Of a stretch of 64,000 bases of DNA, positions 35,206-45,357 are shown piece after piece (within the stretch, counting starts at the first letter, position 1; each line of letters begins with the position of its first letter). Under the pieces are notes generated by a model. It ran no database searches. It was not told where the DNA came from and saw only the letters and a list, made by a program, of their open reading frames with translations. The stretch is from contig JAFGJV010000048.1 of assembly GCA_016928955.1 (NCBI GenBank), forward strand, positions 1-64,000. The letters run 5' to 3'. The translations under genes and the position numbers were made by a program. Source of the stretch: Spirochaetales bacterium. GTDB taxonomy: Bacteria > Spirochaetota > Spirochaetia > Treponematales > UBA12059.

Positions 35206-37170
35206 ATGCCCCTTGCTCCCGCTAGCCACGGCACCCCCAAACACGGCGCGCGCGCCGCCCTGACTCCCCTTCTTTCCCAGAGGAGCGTCCTGCCCCTTGC
35301 CCTGGTCCTTGCCGCCCTGGCCACCCTGCTCGTGGTTGGCTACACCTCGCTGGAGACGGGCAGGCAGGCCGTGCTGCGCGACCAGGAAGCCAGTATGGCA
35401 GAGCTGTGCGAGAGCCTTGCCCACTCCGTCGAGCGTCTGTGGCTGGAGCCCCATGCGGCCGCCCTGGAGCGGCTCGCCGCCAGCCCGGTGCTCCGCCGCC
35501 GTATTTCCGGCTCCGCCGGCCAGGATGAGCTCTTTGCCGAGTGGGCCGCCGCCATGAACGTCCTTCCGGACGTGTATTTCATCTACTACGGCCTGGAAGA
35601 CGGGTCCATTGAGCATTATCCGCCCCTTGACCTGCCTCCGGGTTTTGATCCGCGCCTGCGGCCCTGGTACGCGGAAGGAAAAGCGTCCGTATCTGCGGCG
35701 TGGACGAACCCGTACGCCGAGATCATCACCGGGGAGTCAGTGTCCAGCGCCGTGCGGTCCCTGGCCAACGACGCGGGGGCCGTGGTCGGCGTGTTCTCCA
35801 TGGACGTTACCCTGTCGGGCATCCAGGACATACTCCGCCGCCTGTCCCTGCCCTTCGGGGGCGCGTGCTACCTCATGCAGGCCAACGGCGCCCTGCTCGC
35901 CTCGTCCGATGCCGAAGCGTCCCAGTTGTCCAGGATCGTCCAGCTCTGCGTTCAGCAGCCTCAGGCCGACGCGTCGCATGTCCATGAGGGCGTGTACGTC
36001 ACGATATCCGGCGCTCTTTCCAACGGCTGGCGCCTGGCCCTGGCCGCCCCCCAGCGGTCCCTGGGCGCGTCGCTGGATCCCATCCGCAGCCTTGTGTCTC
36101 TGTCCCTGATAGCCTTTGCAGCGTGCTCCGTGGCCGCCATCGTCGTCATGGGCGTCCTTACGGAAAAACGCACAGCGCGCCTGTCGGCCTATTTCGACGC
36201 CATGGCCGACCCGTCCGCCCCCCTGCGCACCCTGTTCACCGGCTCAGATGAGTACGCCGCCCTCAACGCGCGCTTTAACGACGCGGTCTCGCGTGCCCGG
36301 GCATCTGAGGCCGACCGGCTTGAGAAGGAACGCGTGTACCGCCGCCTGTTCGAAAACGCCCCCATAGGTTTTTTCGTCACCGGCGTGGACGGCTGCATTT
36401 CGTATTTCAACCAACGGCTCGGTAAGCTGCTGGATTACACGCCCGAGCAGGCGGCAGCTCTTAAGAACGTCAGCATAATATACGCGAATCCCGCGGACCG
36501 CGCTCGCATGCTGTCCGTCCTGAAGGCTACGGGCACGGTCACCGATTTCCACGTGCGCTTGAAGACACGGCTCGGCCACGTGGTATGGACGTCCATGAAC
36601 GCCGTGCCCATCGACCTGCCGGAGGGAGGCAAGGGACTGGCCGGCTTCATCACGGACATCAGCGGCCTGGTGAGCGAACGCGACAGGCAGGCAGTCCTCG
36701 CCGCCACCGATCCCCTCACCGGCCTGGCCAACCGACGCTCGCTTGAGAGCGCCCTTGCCGCCTGCATCCGGTCAGCCACGGGTTCCTGCGCCCTCATCCT
36801 CCTTGACCTGGACGGGTTCAAGGAACTGAACGACACCCTGGGCCACGAGGCAGGCGACGCCGCCCTCAGGACCTTTGCCGCCCTGGTCAAGGGTGTCCTC
36901 AGAAAAAACGACCTCTTGGTCCGTTACGGTGGCGACGAGTTTGTTGTTCTGTTGCCGGAAGCCGGCCCGAAACAGGCCAGGGACGCCGCGGCCCGCATCT
37001 CGGAAGCCCTGGCGGGCGCCCGCGTGCACGGCTACGACGCGCCCATGCCCGGCGTCAGCTCCGGCTTGGTCACCTGGAAAGCCGGGCAGCGGCTGCCCGA
37101 GGACGTGCTTAAGCTGGCTGACAAGCGCTTGTATACGACCAAACGGTCGCGCAAAAAGGACTCGCCGTAG
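35206..37170 (+). CDS. Membrane diguanylate cyclase (dCache-PAS-GGDEF)
   Basis: Two TM helices flank a dCache domain (FDPRLRPWY, WTNPY); PAS domain; DPLTGLANRR, DLDGFKELND, RKND I-site, RYGGDEF. Confidence 0.9.
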   Translation: MPLAPASHGTPKHGARAALTPLLSQRSVLPLALVLAALATLLVVGYTSLETGRQAVLRDQEASMAELCESLAHSVERLWLEPHAAALERLAASPVLRRRISGSAGQDELFAEWAAAMNVLPDVYFIYYGLEDGSIEHYPPLDLPPGFDPRLRPWYAEGKASVSAAWTNPYAEIITGESVSSAVRSLANDAGAVVGVFSMDVTLSGIQDILRRLSLPFGGACYLMQANGALLASSDAEASQLSRIVQLCVQQPQADASHVHEGVYVTISGALSNGWRLALAAPQRSLGASLDPIRSLVSLSLIAFAACSVAAIVVMGVLTEKRTARLSAYFDAMADPSAPLRTLFTGSDEYAALNARFNDAVSRARASEADRLEKERVYRRLFENAPIGFFVTGVDGCISYFNQRLGKLLDYTPEQAAALKNVSIIYANPADRARMLSVLKATGTVTDFHVRLKTRLGHVVWTSMNAVPIDLPEGGKGLAGFITDISGLVSERDRQAVLAATDPLTGLANRRSLESALAACIRSATGSCALILLDLDGFKELNDTLGHEAGDAALRTFAALVKGVLRKNDLLVRYGGDEFVVLLPEAGPKQARDAAARISEALAGARVHGYDAPMPGVSSGLVTWKAGQRLPEDVLKLADKRLYTTKRSRKKDSP

Positions 37171-37265
37171 GTTCCGCGCCCTCTGGCGCGCTATACTCAA
37201 CAAGACGAGCGCTGGGCCAAACGTGGCCCGAGCAGGCGGCCTGACACAGGCCCGGGAGGAATGAC

Positions 37266-38924
37266 ATGATGCGAGGAAGTAAGGCTCTGTTTCTGGCCGC
37301 CATCGCGTGTGCCGGCGTGCTGGCATCAGCCCAGGAAGCGCTTGCGCCGAGCTCCAGGGTAGCCAAGGTAACCGTGTATTCCGACCGCGCCTTGGTTACG
37401 CGCCAGGCCGAGCTGGCCCTCCCCAAGGGCGAGTCGACCGTGCTGTTCTCGAATCTGCCGGCCGCCCTTGACCCGTCCAGCGTGCAGGTAAGCGGTACGG
37501 GCGCTTTCACCCTCAGGGACGTCCGCGTGGCGTCGCGCCAGCTCAGCCGGGACGTGTCTGCCCAGCTCAAGGCCCTGGAGGACGAAAAACGCCGCCAGGA
37601 AGCCATGCTGGGCGCCGTCAACGACAGCATAAAGGAGGCCGAAGCCGAGCGCCTGTTCCTGGCCGAGATGGTCAAGCGGCTGACGTCTAACGCCGGCGAC
37701 TCGGAAGCCCTGCCCATGGACACGGCCGCGTGGGCCAAGATGCTGGACTTCCAGCGCTCCCGCAACGAGGCCATCAACGCCGACCTCCGCGAAGCCCGCG
37801 CCAAACTGCCCGCCATACAGGCCGAGATAGACCGCCTGGCCAGGGAAATACGCGCCCTGGGTTCCGGCGTTCGGCTGTCGGTATACGAAGTGGAACTGGT
37901 CCTGGACGCGGCCTCGGCAGCCAAGGCGTCGATCGAGCTGTCCTACCTGGTGGCCGGCCCGTCGTGGCGGCCTGACTACGTGCTGCGCGCAAACTCGGCG
38001 GACGGGTCCTTGAGCGTGCAGTACCGGGCCCTGGTCCGCCAGAACACGGGAGAGGACTGGACCAACGCGGCCATGCAGCTGTCCACGGCCAGACCCCAGA
38101 CAGGCGGTAGCCTTCCCGAACTGTATCCGTGGTACGTGGACGTGTACCAGCCCCGGGTCCTAAGCAAGTCATCAGCGTCCAGAGGGGCTGAAGAGGCTCC
38201 CGCGCCGGCCGCCGCGGCGTATATGGACCTGTACGCAGAGCAGGAGTCCGCCGAACCCCCAATGGAAACGGCCACAGCCAGGGCGGACAGCGGCGCCACC
38301 GCGGTGCTGTTCTCCATAGCGGGAACCACCACCCTGGCGTCTGACAACAAGGAACGCACGCTGACCGTGGCCATGCTCAACCTGAGCGCCGCCTACTCAT
38401 GGGCCGCCGTTCCAAAATTGTCGCCCTACGCCTATTACCGTGCCGATGTGACCAACGGTTCCGACTATCCCTTCCTGGCCGGGCCCACCCATGTGTACGT
38501 GGACGGTTCGTACGTTGCCGACGCGGACATGCCCGCGGTGCCCACGGGCGGGTCCTTCCGCTGCGACCTGGGCATAGACGAGGCTGTCAGCGTGGAGCGC
38601 GAGCTGGTGAAAAAATTTGACGAGACCACAGGCCTGGTGTCCAAGAAGAGCAAGACCACCTGGGAATACAAGCTGACCGTCAAGAACGGCAATCGTCGGG
38701 ACGTGGTCGTGGAGCTGTCCGACCAGCTGCCCGTGTCCGTCAACGAGCAGATTGTCATCAAGCTGCTCGCGCCCGCCTACACCAAGGACACGGACACGCT
38801 CACCAGGGACGAGCGCGGCATCTTCACTTGGAAACTGTCCCTGGCGCCCGGCAAGGAAAGCTCGGTCACCTTGTCCTTCAGCGCCGAGTACCCAAAGGAC
38901 GTGGAGGTCACCGGACTGGAGTAG
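37266..38924 (+). CDS. Secreted DUF4140/DUF4139 (mucoidy-inhibitor-like) protein
   Basis: Signal peptide, VTVYSDRALVTR, coiled coil, SWRPDY, QNTGEDW, LSTARP, DQLPVS. Confidence 0.85.
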   Translation: MMRGSKALFLAAIACAGVLASAQEALAPSSRVAKVTVYSDRALVTRQAELALPKGESTVLFSNLPAALDPSSVQVSGTGAFTLRDVRVASRQLSRDVSAQLKALEDEKRRQEAMLGAVNDSIKEAEAERLFLAEMVKRLTSNAGDSEALPMDTAAWAKMLDFQRSRNEAINADLREARAKLPAIQAEIDRLAREIRALGSGVRLSVYEVELVLDAASAAKASIELSYLVAGPSWRPDYVLRANSADGSLSVQYRALVRQNTGEDWTNAAMQLSTARPQTGGSLPELYPWYVDVYQPRVLSKSSASRGAEEAPAPAAAAYMDLYAEQESAEPPMETATARADSGATAVLFSIAGTTTLASDNKERTLTVAMLNLSAAYSWAAVPKLSPYAYYRADVTNGSDYPFLAGPTHVYVDGSYVADADMPAVPTGGSFRCDLGIDEAVSVERELVKKFDETTGLVSKKSKTTWEYKLTVKNGNRRDVVVELSDQLPVSVNEQIVIKLLAPAYTKDTDTLTRDERGIFTWKLSLAPGKESSVTLSFSAEYPKDVEVTGLE

Positions 38925-38953
38925 CCGGGGGATTTTTTCACCGAACGGCAAGC

Positions 38954-38983
38954 GCCCGGGCCCTCTGGCCCGGGCTTTTTTTT
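38954..38983 (+). terminator. Intrinsic terminator
   Basis: GCCCGGGCC-ctct-GGCCCGGGC followed by T8. Confidence 0.9.
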
Positions 38984-39018
38984 CTCTTGGCAATTTTGGA
39001 CGTTCCCGCATGGTTTTC

Positions 39019-39047
39019 TTGACCGCTATACATCTGTATAGTAGTAT
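39019..39047 (+). promoter_or_regulatory. sigma70 promoter with palindromic operator
   Basis: TTGACC-N17-TAGTAT; the spacer holds CTATACA-TC-TGTATAG (39026-39041). Confidence 0.7.
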
Positions 39048-39103
39048 GGGGTCGGGAAGGCCGCTCAGCATCTGGCTCCATTCCGCCTTCCACCGGGGGC
39101 TGC

Positions 39104-40522
39104 ATGGACCTGGCAGGCAAAATATCCATACTGGCTGACGCGGCCAAGTACGACGCGTCCTGCTCAACCTCGGGCAGCGCCCGGTCCAACAAGGGCGGCG
39201 TGGGCAATGCGGCCGTGGGCGGCATCTGCCACGCATGGTCCGCTGACGGGCGCTGCGTTGCCCTCCTCAAGGTGCTCTTGTCAAACGCCTGCGCGTACGA
39301 TTGCGCCTACTGCGTGAACCGGCGCTCCAACGACGTTCCCCGCACGGGCTTTGAGCCTGAGGAACTGGTGCGGCTGGTCATGGATTTCTACCGGCGCAAC
39401 TACATAGAGGGCGCCCTGCTGTCGTCTGGCGTGATCGGCTGTCCGGACGCCACCATGGAACGGCTCATAGCGGTGGCAAAAACCCTCCGGGTACGCGAGC
39501 GCTTCAACGGTTACCTGCATCTCAAGGCCATACCGGGAGCGTCTGAGCGCCTCGTGCTTGAGGCCGCGCGCTGGGCGGACCGCCTGTCCGTCAACATAGA
39601 GCTACCCAGCGCGGCCAGCCTCAGGGCCGTGGCTTCCGACAAGACCCCAGCGGCCATTTTTGGTCCCATGCGCGTTTTGGCCAGGGCAGGCGGCTTTGAG
39701 CCCCGCCGCCTGCCGGCCACATCGGCCCAGCCCGCCGTCCCGCTGCAAGACTCGCCGGCTGAAACGCCCGTTTCCTTCCACTCCCAGCTTCCGGCCGTAT
39801 CGCACGCAGTACGGGATATCCGTCCCATGGAAGGCGGGGCCGACCTGCCGGCCCGGGCATCCGTCATGGACGCGCGGGCATTGCGGCGGAGGGATCCCGG
39901 CGCCGCCGTCCTGCCAGCCGGCCAGACCACGCAAATGGTCGTAGGAGCCAGCCCGGAAAGCGACCTCCACATACTGACCCTGGCGGAAAACCTCTACCTG
40001 GCCTATGACGTCAGGCGCGTGTATTATTCCGCGTTCGTGCCCACCGGCGGGGATTCACGCGTGCCCGCGCTGGCCGGCCCTCCCTTGGTGCGGGAGCATC
40101 GTTTATACCAGGCTGACTGGCTGTTCCGTTTTTACGGATACTCGGCGGCCGAGGTCCTGGATCCCCTCCATCCCAACCTGGATCCATCCATTGATCCCAA
40201 GGCCGCGTGGGCTCTCAGGCATTTGGAACGCTTTCCCGTGGACGCGAATACCGCCGACTACCGGGAACTGCTGCGCGTGCCCGGCATAGGACCGCGGAGC
40301 GCATCACGGATAGTGCGGGCCCGCAGGCTGGCCCGGCTTTCGCCCTCTGCCCTGAAAGGCCTGGGTGTCGTCATGAAGCGTGCCCGGTGGTTTGTCAGCT
40401 GCTCGGGCACCATGGCCGTGGACGCGGGACGGGTGCTGGACAGACCCGACGCGCTTGCGTCGTTGTTGCGGGACGGCGCAGACACCCTGCTCGAACCCCT
40501 CCAGCTGGAGTTCGCGTTTTGA
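39104..40522 (+). CDS. Putative DNA modification/repair radical SAM protein (TIGR03916-like)
   Basis: ILADAAKYDASC, GICHAW, CAYDCAYC, YRRNYIEG, REHRLYQADWL, HhH motif LLRVPGIG. Confidence 0.92.
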   Translation: MDLAGKISILADAAKYDASCSTSGSARSNKGGVGNAAVGGICHAWSADGRCVALLKVLLSNACAYDCAYCVNRRSNDVPRTGFEPEELVRLVMDFYRRNYIEGALLSSGVIGCPDATMERLIAVAKTLRVRERFNGYLHLKAIPGASERLVLEAARWADRLSVNIELPSAASLRAVASDKTPAAIFGPMRVLARAGGFEPRRLPATSAQPAVPLQDSPAETPVSFHSQLPAVSHAVRDIRPMEGGADLPARASVMDARALRRRDPGAAVLPAGQTTQMVVGASPESDLHILTLAENLYLAYDVRRVYYSAFVPTGGDSRVPALAGPPLVREHRLYQADWLFRFYGYSAAEVLDPLHPNLDPSIDPKAAWALRHLERFPVDANTADYRELLRVPGIGPRSASRIVRARRLARLSPSALKGLGVVMKRARWFVSCSGTMAVDAGRVLDRPDALASLLRDGADTLLEPLQLEFAF

Positions 40523-41343
40523 GCGATACGGGCCGGGGCCAGCCAGACGCGGTCCTTTTGCATGACGGGAGCTTTTCCTGTTTTCTGTGCGCGGTGGCGG
40601 AATGCCTCAACGCGGCCATGGCCGGCGGACGGCCACCGGCAGTGCGGTCGGCCGGTGGACCAGCTGGACTCTTTGAAAATCCCGTGCCGGTTGCCCGGGA
40701 CGACGCCAGGGCGGCGGTCCTGTGGAAACGACTCTGCTCCAGGGCCGGGGACGCGAGCATGCGGCTCGTGTTTGAGGCCTTCTGTTCCGACAGGCCGGGC
40801 GCTGACAGCTCAGCCGCCGTGGCCGTATGCAGGCTGTGGCGGGAAGGCCCCCGGGCCCTGTCCGACCTGGCCGCGGCCGACATGCTGGAGCTAGAGAAAG
40901 CCTCGGCCCGCTCGAGGGCTGAAGCCCATCTGATAAGCGGGCTGGTCCGTTTTTCGGAGCTGGCGGACGGTTCCTGGTACGCGTCCGTACGGCCGTCCTG
41001 CGACGTCCTGCCGCTCATAGGCGACCACTTCTCGGCCCGCTTCCCGGACGCGCTCTGGGCCATCCATGACCTGGGTAGGGGCAGCGCCCTCGTCCACGAG
41101 GCGGGCGCGCCGTGGGTCCTGGCCCGGTCTTTCTCGTTTACCGCCGAGGAGGAGGCCCAGGCTAGTGGAGGCGTGCCGCCCTACTCGGCCGCCGAGCGTG
41201 AGCTCAGGCACGCATGGTCCCGGTACTTTGACGCCGTGGCGATCCAAGAACGCAGCAACCCTCGGCTCCAGGCCGGACACATGCCAAAACGCTACTGGGC
41301 TGACCTCCCCGAGATGAACGATGCCCCGGAAGGGAGTCAGTAG
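40519..41343 (+). CDS. TIGR03915/DUF4130-family putative DNA repair protein
   Basis: HDGSF, EAHLISGLVRF, DVLPLIGDHFSARF, WAIHD, ERSNPRLQAGHMPKRYWADLPE; TTG start overlapping the upstream stop. Confidence 0.85.
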   Translation: MSDTGRGQPDAVLLHDGSFSCFLCAVAECLNAAMAGGRPPAVRSAGGPAGLFENPVPVARDDARAAVLWKRLCSRAGDASMRLVFEAFCSDRPGADSSAAVAVCRLWREGPRALSDLAAADMLELEKASARSRAEAHLISGLVRFSELADGSWYASVRPSCDVLPLIGDHFSARFPDALWAIHDLGRGSALVHEAGAPWVLARSFSFTAEEEAQASGGVPPYSAAERELRHAWSRYFDAVAIQERSNPRLQAGHMPKRYWADLPEMNDAPEGSQ

Positions 41344-41873
41344 CTCAGGTCCCAGCCCCGGGCCAGCCCGGTACGCTTGAGCTCGCCCGCAAAGCGCTCC
41401 AGGCCTCTTCTGTCCATGGTCCTGAATTCCGCGTATTGCCGCGCGACGCCGTCCTGGCCCATGACGAACTCCACGACCAGGGCTTCCGGCAACAGCGTGA
41501 TGGTGTCGGCGCCCACGGTAAAGCCCATGTTAAGACGCCGGCGCTGGAACGGCTCGGCGGTCTTGATATCCACCGGCTCCAGGGCGGTAATGGTGTAACG
41601 GCCGGGTTTCAAGCCGGAAATGAGGACGTAGTCGGTATTGGTTCTCAGCTCGGCGTATTGCCCGTCTGAATAGTGTATCCGGTAGGCCGTATCCCAGACG
41701 GATCCCTTGCCGTTTTCCACCGTTACCTTTATGGCCAGGACCCCGGTGCCGTCCTGAATCAGGGGCGACGTGGCGCAGGACCCTACCAGCACGGCCAGCA
41801 CAGCCAGCATGACTGCGCCGATAAGCTCGCTTGTGTGCAGGTTTTTTTTCTGTGACGCTCGCATTGTTGTCAT
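41337..41873 (-). CDS. Hypothetical lipoprotein
   Basis: Hydrophobic signal with LVGSC lipobox; ATGA overlap with the NUDIX gene. Confidence 0.65.
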   Translation of the reverse strand: MTTMRASQKKNLHTSELIGAVMLAVLAVLVGSCATSPLIQDGTGVLAIKVTVENGKGSVWDTAYRIHYSDGQYAELRTNTDYVLISGLKPGRYTITALEPVDIKTAEPFQRRRLNMGFTVGADTITLLPEALVVEFVMGQDGVARQYAEFRTMDRRGLERFAGELKRTGLARGWDLSY

Positions 41874-42274
41874 TCCTCCAGATTTCCGCCGAGCAGGGCA
41901 GTCACCGTTGGCCGGTCGGCGGGAGCCCACACCAGGGAACCAAGGGCCGTCCTGGGCAGCCACAGCATGGCCGCGTGCTCGCGCGGCACGGGCTGGCCCC
42001 CTGCCAGGCGGCACGGCAGGGTCAGGAGCCTGACCTGGCGCTCGCCCGAGTCCCAGACCACATCCTCAAGGGGTGGGCCAACGACACGGATTTCGCAGGA
42101 AAACTCTTCCCGCATTTCCCGCTCCAGGGCTTCGGCCGGCGACTCGCCTGGCTCCACCTTGCCACCCGGAAATTCCCATACCAGGGGCTGGGACATGAGC
42201 TCAGACCTCAGGGCGCAGAGCACGCCCCGCTCGTCTTCCAGGACGGCTCCGACCACGGTGATGATTGGCTTCAC
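41870..42274 (-). CDS. MutT/NudG-like NUDIX hydrolase
   Basis: WEFPGGKVEPGESPAEALEREMREE, WAPAD. GTG start preceded by TTGCCC-N17-TAAGGT-N8. Confidence 0.88.
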   Translation of the reverse strand: MKPIITVVGAVLEDERGVLCALRSELMSQPLVWEFPGGKVEPGESPAEALEREMREEFSCEIRVVGPPLEDVVWDSGERQVRLLTLPCRLAGGQPVPREHAAMLWLPRTALGSLVWAPADRPTVTALLGGNLEE

Positions 42275-42340
42275 GGCGCCATACCTTAGCACGGAGGGCG
42301 CCAGGGGGCAAGGAAAAGAGTCTGCACGCAATATGGACGT

Positions 42341-44992
42341 TCAGCTGTCCGTGCCGGCCTTCCGGAGGGCCTCGTCCAGCTCTACCACGGTAAAGGGCTT
42401 GTCCACCAAGGCGCAGCCGCCCGTTCCGGGCAGGTCGCACAGGTTGTCCTCATGGAAGCCGCTGGCCAGGACGATGGGCATATCGCCACGCACCCGGCGT
42501 ATGGCCGCAGCCACTTCGTCGCCCCTCATGTCGCGGAGCCTGAGATCCAGCACGGCGGCCTTGAACGTGTCCTGCCTGGCCATGAACAGGCTCAGCGCCT
42601 CCATGCCTGAAGAAGCCACGGCCGTGTCGTAACCCAGGGTCCGGGCCACGGCCTCCGCTATCTCGCGGGGTATGTCGTCGTCGTCTGCTATGAGCACAAG
42701 CCCATGGCGGCTGGCCGGCTTTTGAGCCTCCATGACCCCACCTCCTGAGTCTTTTGACAGGGGCAGATACACCAGGAATTCCGAACCCAGATCCACGTCG
42801 GAGCGGATACGCACAAAACCGCCGTGCTGGCTGGCTATGGCGTGCACCATGGCCAGGCCAAGGCCGCTGGACGATTCCCCCGGCTTGGTCGTGTAGAAGG
42901 GGTCGAAAATCCTTCTCTGAATATGCCGAGGTATGCCCACGCCCTCGTCCTTTATGGAAATCTCGCAGTAGTCGATGTCAACCGCCGCCGCGTTGACAGC
43001 CAGGAAGGAGCGGTCGGGCCGGAAACGCCTGAGGCCCAGTCGCAGGTTCCCACCCCATTTGTGGCCCGCCGGCCGCATCACGGTCATGGCGTGTTCGGCG
43101 TTGACCACCAGGTTGAGTATGAGCTGTTCCACCTGGCCCACTGAACCGAGCACCGTGAGCGCGGGCATGGCCGATTCCAGGCGGACCCGCACGGAACTGT
43201 CCACGGAGCGCTCGGCAAAATCCGCTACCCTGGCCAGGGCCTCGTCCACCCTGAACGGCGCGGACTCGGGGGCGCGCTTGCGCGTGAGGGTCAGAAGGCG
43301 TTTGACCGACGACGACGCCCTGTTGGCGGAGCGCTCGATGATCTCCAGCTCGCGCGTCAGCTCTGTCACGTTTACCTGGGCGCCGCCCTCCATGCGCTGC
43401 CGTATCAGGGACATGGCGCCCACAATGCCGGCCAGGGTATTGTTGAAGTCGTGGGCTATGCCGCCCGACAGGGCGCCCACGGCCTCCATTTTCTGGGCGT
43501 GGTCCAGGTGCCTGATCCTCTCGATGTTCTCCGCGGCTATGCGACGCTCGTCCGTCAGGTCGCGGGCTATCAGGGCCAGGATGACGCCTTCCGTGGTGGG
43601 GATGGGTGACACGTCCGTCTGCAGTATGCGGTGCGACCCGTCCCTTCTGACTATCTCAACGTCGCTCTGCCGGTGGCTCCAGTCATCGTACTTGCCGGCC
43701 AGGATAGCCTGGAAGCGCTCAGGCAGGAGTTCCGGTCGCTCGCGCCCCAGCGGCCACAGCGACAGAATCAAATCCCAGTAGTACGACCCTTCGGCCTCGT
43801 CGCGCGGCACTCCGGTGATGGCGGCCATTGCGTCGTTCCACTGCGCTATGTGACCCATGGTATCCGTAAGCACGATGCCGTCCATGGACCTGTTCACGAA
43901 TTCGTCCAGCACGAGGGACGAATCGGCAAGGCGGCGCTCCACGCACGCGCGCTCGTTTTCCGCCCTCAGGTCGGCCGCCGTAATGACGGTGCCCGGGCCC
44001 CAGCCCTTGTACACGCGCCTCAGCTTGACGCTGACCGGGATGCGCCGCTTGCCCAGTACAGAAAGGCTTTCACCTTGGTCTTCCGTTTCCTGAGCTTTAT
44101 CCAACACCATGGAGGACAGGTCGGGGGGCAGGAAGGCGCTCACGTGCGAGCCCCTGGCCCCCTCCAGGGTCATGCCGAGGGCGGCGAGGGCGCTGGAGTT
44201 TGCCCATACGAGCCGCCCGCCCGAATCCAGGTAGATGACAAAGCCGGCCATCTGCTCGAGCACTGCGACTGCTTCGCGCGCAGGCAGGACGGAGGAAAAA
44301 CCGTAGCGGTCCATGGCCAGATTGAGGCCCAGGGATATGATGACAATCCACAAGATAGCCAGGTTCGGAAACTCTATGCCCAGCACCAGAAAGACACTGT
44401 CGGTGACAAAGCCGAGAAGCCCGGCGGACAGGAAAGACGCTCCTATGATGGCAAAGCGCTTTCGGCTGCGGAGCTCGGCGCTCCTGGCGCTGGCCCGGAA
44501 GGACAGCACGACCGCAGCCAGAACATAGGAAAAATAATGGACCACAAAGGCGTAATAGACGGCATTGGTCCTGACGGCAAGCATCCAGTATCCGGCCCTA
44601 TGCACTGACGGCGCTATCACCTGCCCGGGTATGGCAAGCGACAGCGCCACGGCTGGCGCGTACAGGAGCGTGAGAGCCGGCAGCTTCCAGCGGCTGTCCA
44701 TCAGCGCCTGTCCGGTGACTCGCAGGGTAAAATGAAGTATCAGGGGCGGGAAAAAGCAAAAGGTCCAGGAAAAGAATCTGTACAGGGATGTGGCCGCGGG
44801 CTCTTCCTGGGCCATGTACCAGAGACTGGCGCCGAAAGCCCATATGGCAAAGACCAGATTGAAGACCACGGCTATCCGGTTGGCCCTGGATTCCGGGTCG
44901 AGCGACCACACCCTCCACGCGCTGTACAGGAACACGGCCACGGCTACCAGGGCAAGGCGGGACAGCCATACAGTGGCAAAGGTTTGTGTCAT
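42341..44992 (-). CDS. Hybrid sensor histidine kinase (7TM-PAS-PAS-HK-REC)
   Basis: N-terminal TM bundle, two PAS domains, AHDFNN H-box, NLVVNA, DEGVG, FDPFYTTK, GLGL, C-terminal receiver domain. Confidence 0.9.
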   Translation of the reverse strand: MTQTFATVWLSRLALVAVAVFLYSAWRVWSLDPESRANRIAVVFNLVFAIWAFGASLWYMAQEEPAATSLYRFFSWTFCFFPPLILHFTLRVTGQALMDSRWKLPALTLLYAPAVALSLAIPGQVIAPSVHRAGYWMLAVRTNAVYYAFVVHYFSYVLAAVVLSFRASARSAELRSRKRFAIIGASFLSAGLLGFVTDSVFLVLGIEFPNLAILWIVIISLGLNLAMDRYGFSSVLPAREAVAVLEQMAGFVIYLDSGGRLVWANSSALAALGMTLEGARGSHVSAFLPPDLSSMVLDKAQETEDQGESLSVLGKRRIPVSVKLRRVYKGWGPGTVITAADLRAENERACVERRLADSSLVLDEFVNRSMDGIVLTDTMGHIAQWNDAMAAITGVPRDEAEGSYYWDLILSLWPLGRERPELLPERFQAILAGKYDDWSHRQSDVEIVRRDGSHRILQTDVSPIPTTEGVILALIARDLTDERRIAAENIERIRHLDHAQKMEAVGALSGGIAHDFNNTLAGIVGAMSLIRQRMEGGAQVNVTELTRELEIIERSANRASSSVKRLLTLTRKRAPESAPFRVDEALARVADFAERSVDSSVRVRLESAMPALTVLGSVGQVEQLILNLVVNAEHAMTVMRPAGHKWGGNLRLGLRRFRPDRSFLAVNAAAVDIDYCEISIKDEGVGIPRHIQRRIFDPFYTTKPGESSSGLGLAMVHAIASQHGGFVRIRSDVDLGSEFLVYLPLSKDSGGGVMEAQKPASRHGLVLIADDDDIPREIAEAVARTLGYDTAVASSGMEALSLFMARQDTFKAAVLDLRLRDMRGDEVAAAIRRVRGDMPIVLASGFHEDNLCDLPGTGGCALVDKPFTVVELDEALRKAGTDS

Positions 44993-45254
44993 GCTCGTGT
45001 ATCCATACTGCTCGTTCCCGCCCGGGATAGCGTTGGCGTGTCCGACTGGCCCCAGCGGGGTACGTTCCTCGTGCAAAGGACAATCCGCCCGAGCGGTCTA
45101 AGAGTAACCCACGCCGGGCGAATACCGCAAGTGCAAGTCCGTACGCACCTGCTCGGACGCTACTCAGACACATAGCGGGCAAACGCCAGCCGCTGGGCGC
45201 GCCGGAAGTTATTTATTTTTTACTGGACCTATTCGGCAAATAATTCGAATTCAT

Positions 45255-45283
45255 TTGACCGCTATCGATTTCGGACGTATAAG
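45255..45283 (+). promoter_or_regulatory. sigma70-type promoter of the GH25 gene
   Basis: TTGACC-N17-TATAAG after an AT-rich tract; leader has a CGAGGCCCT/AGGGCCTCG stem. Confidence 0.55.
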
Positions 45284-45357
45284 AGACACACCGAGGCCCT
45301 TTCCGAACGCTTTTGTGTTTTTGTAGGGCCTCGTGCCATCAACAGTGGAGGGTATCT

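Noticed and set aside
45170..45215. GGGCAAAC resembling a c-di-GMP-I riboswitch start
   Set aside because: No GNRA-capped P2 or GCAAAGC/P3 elements, and it lies upstream of the predicted promoter.
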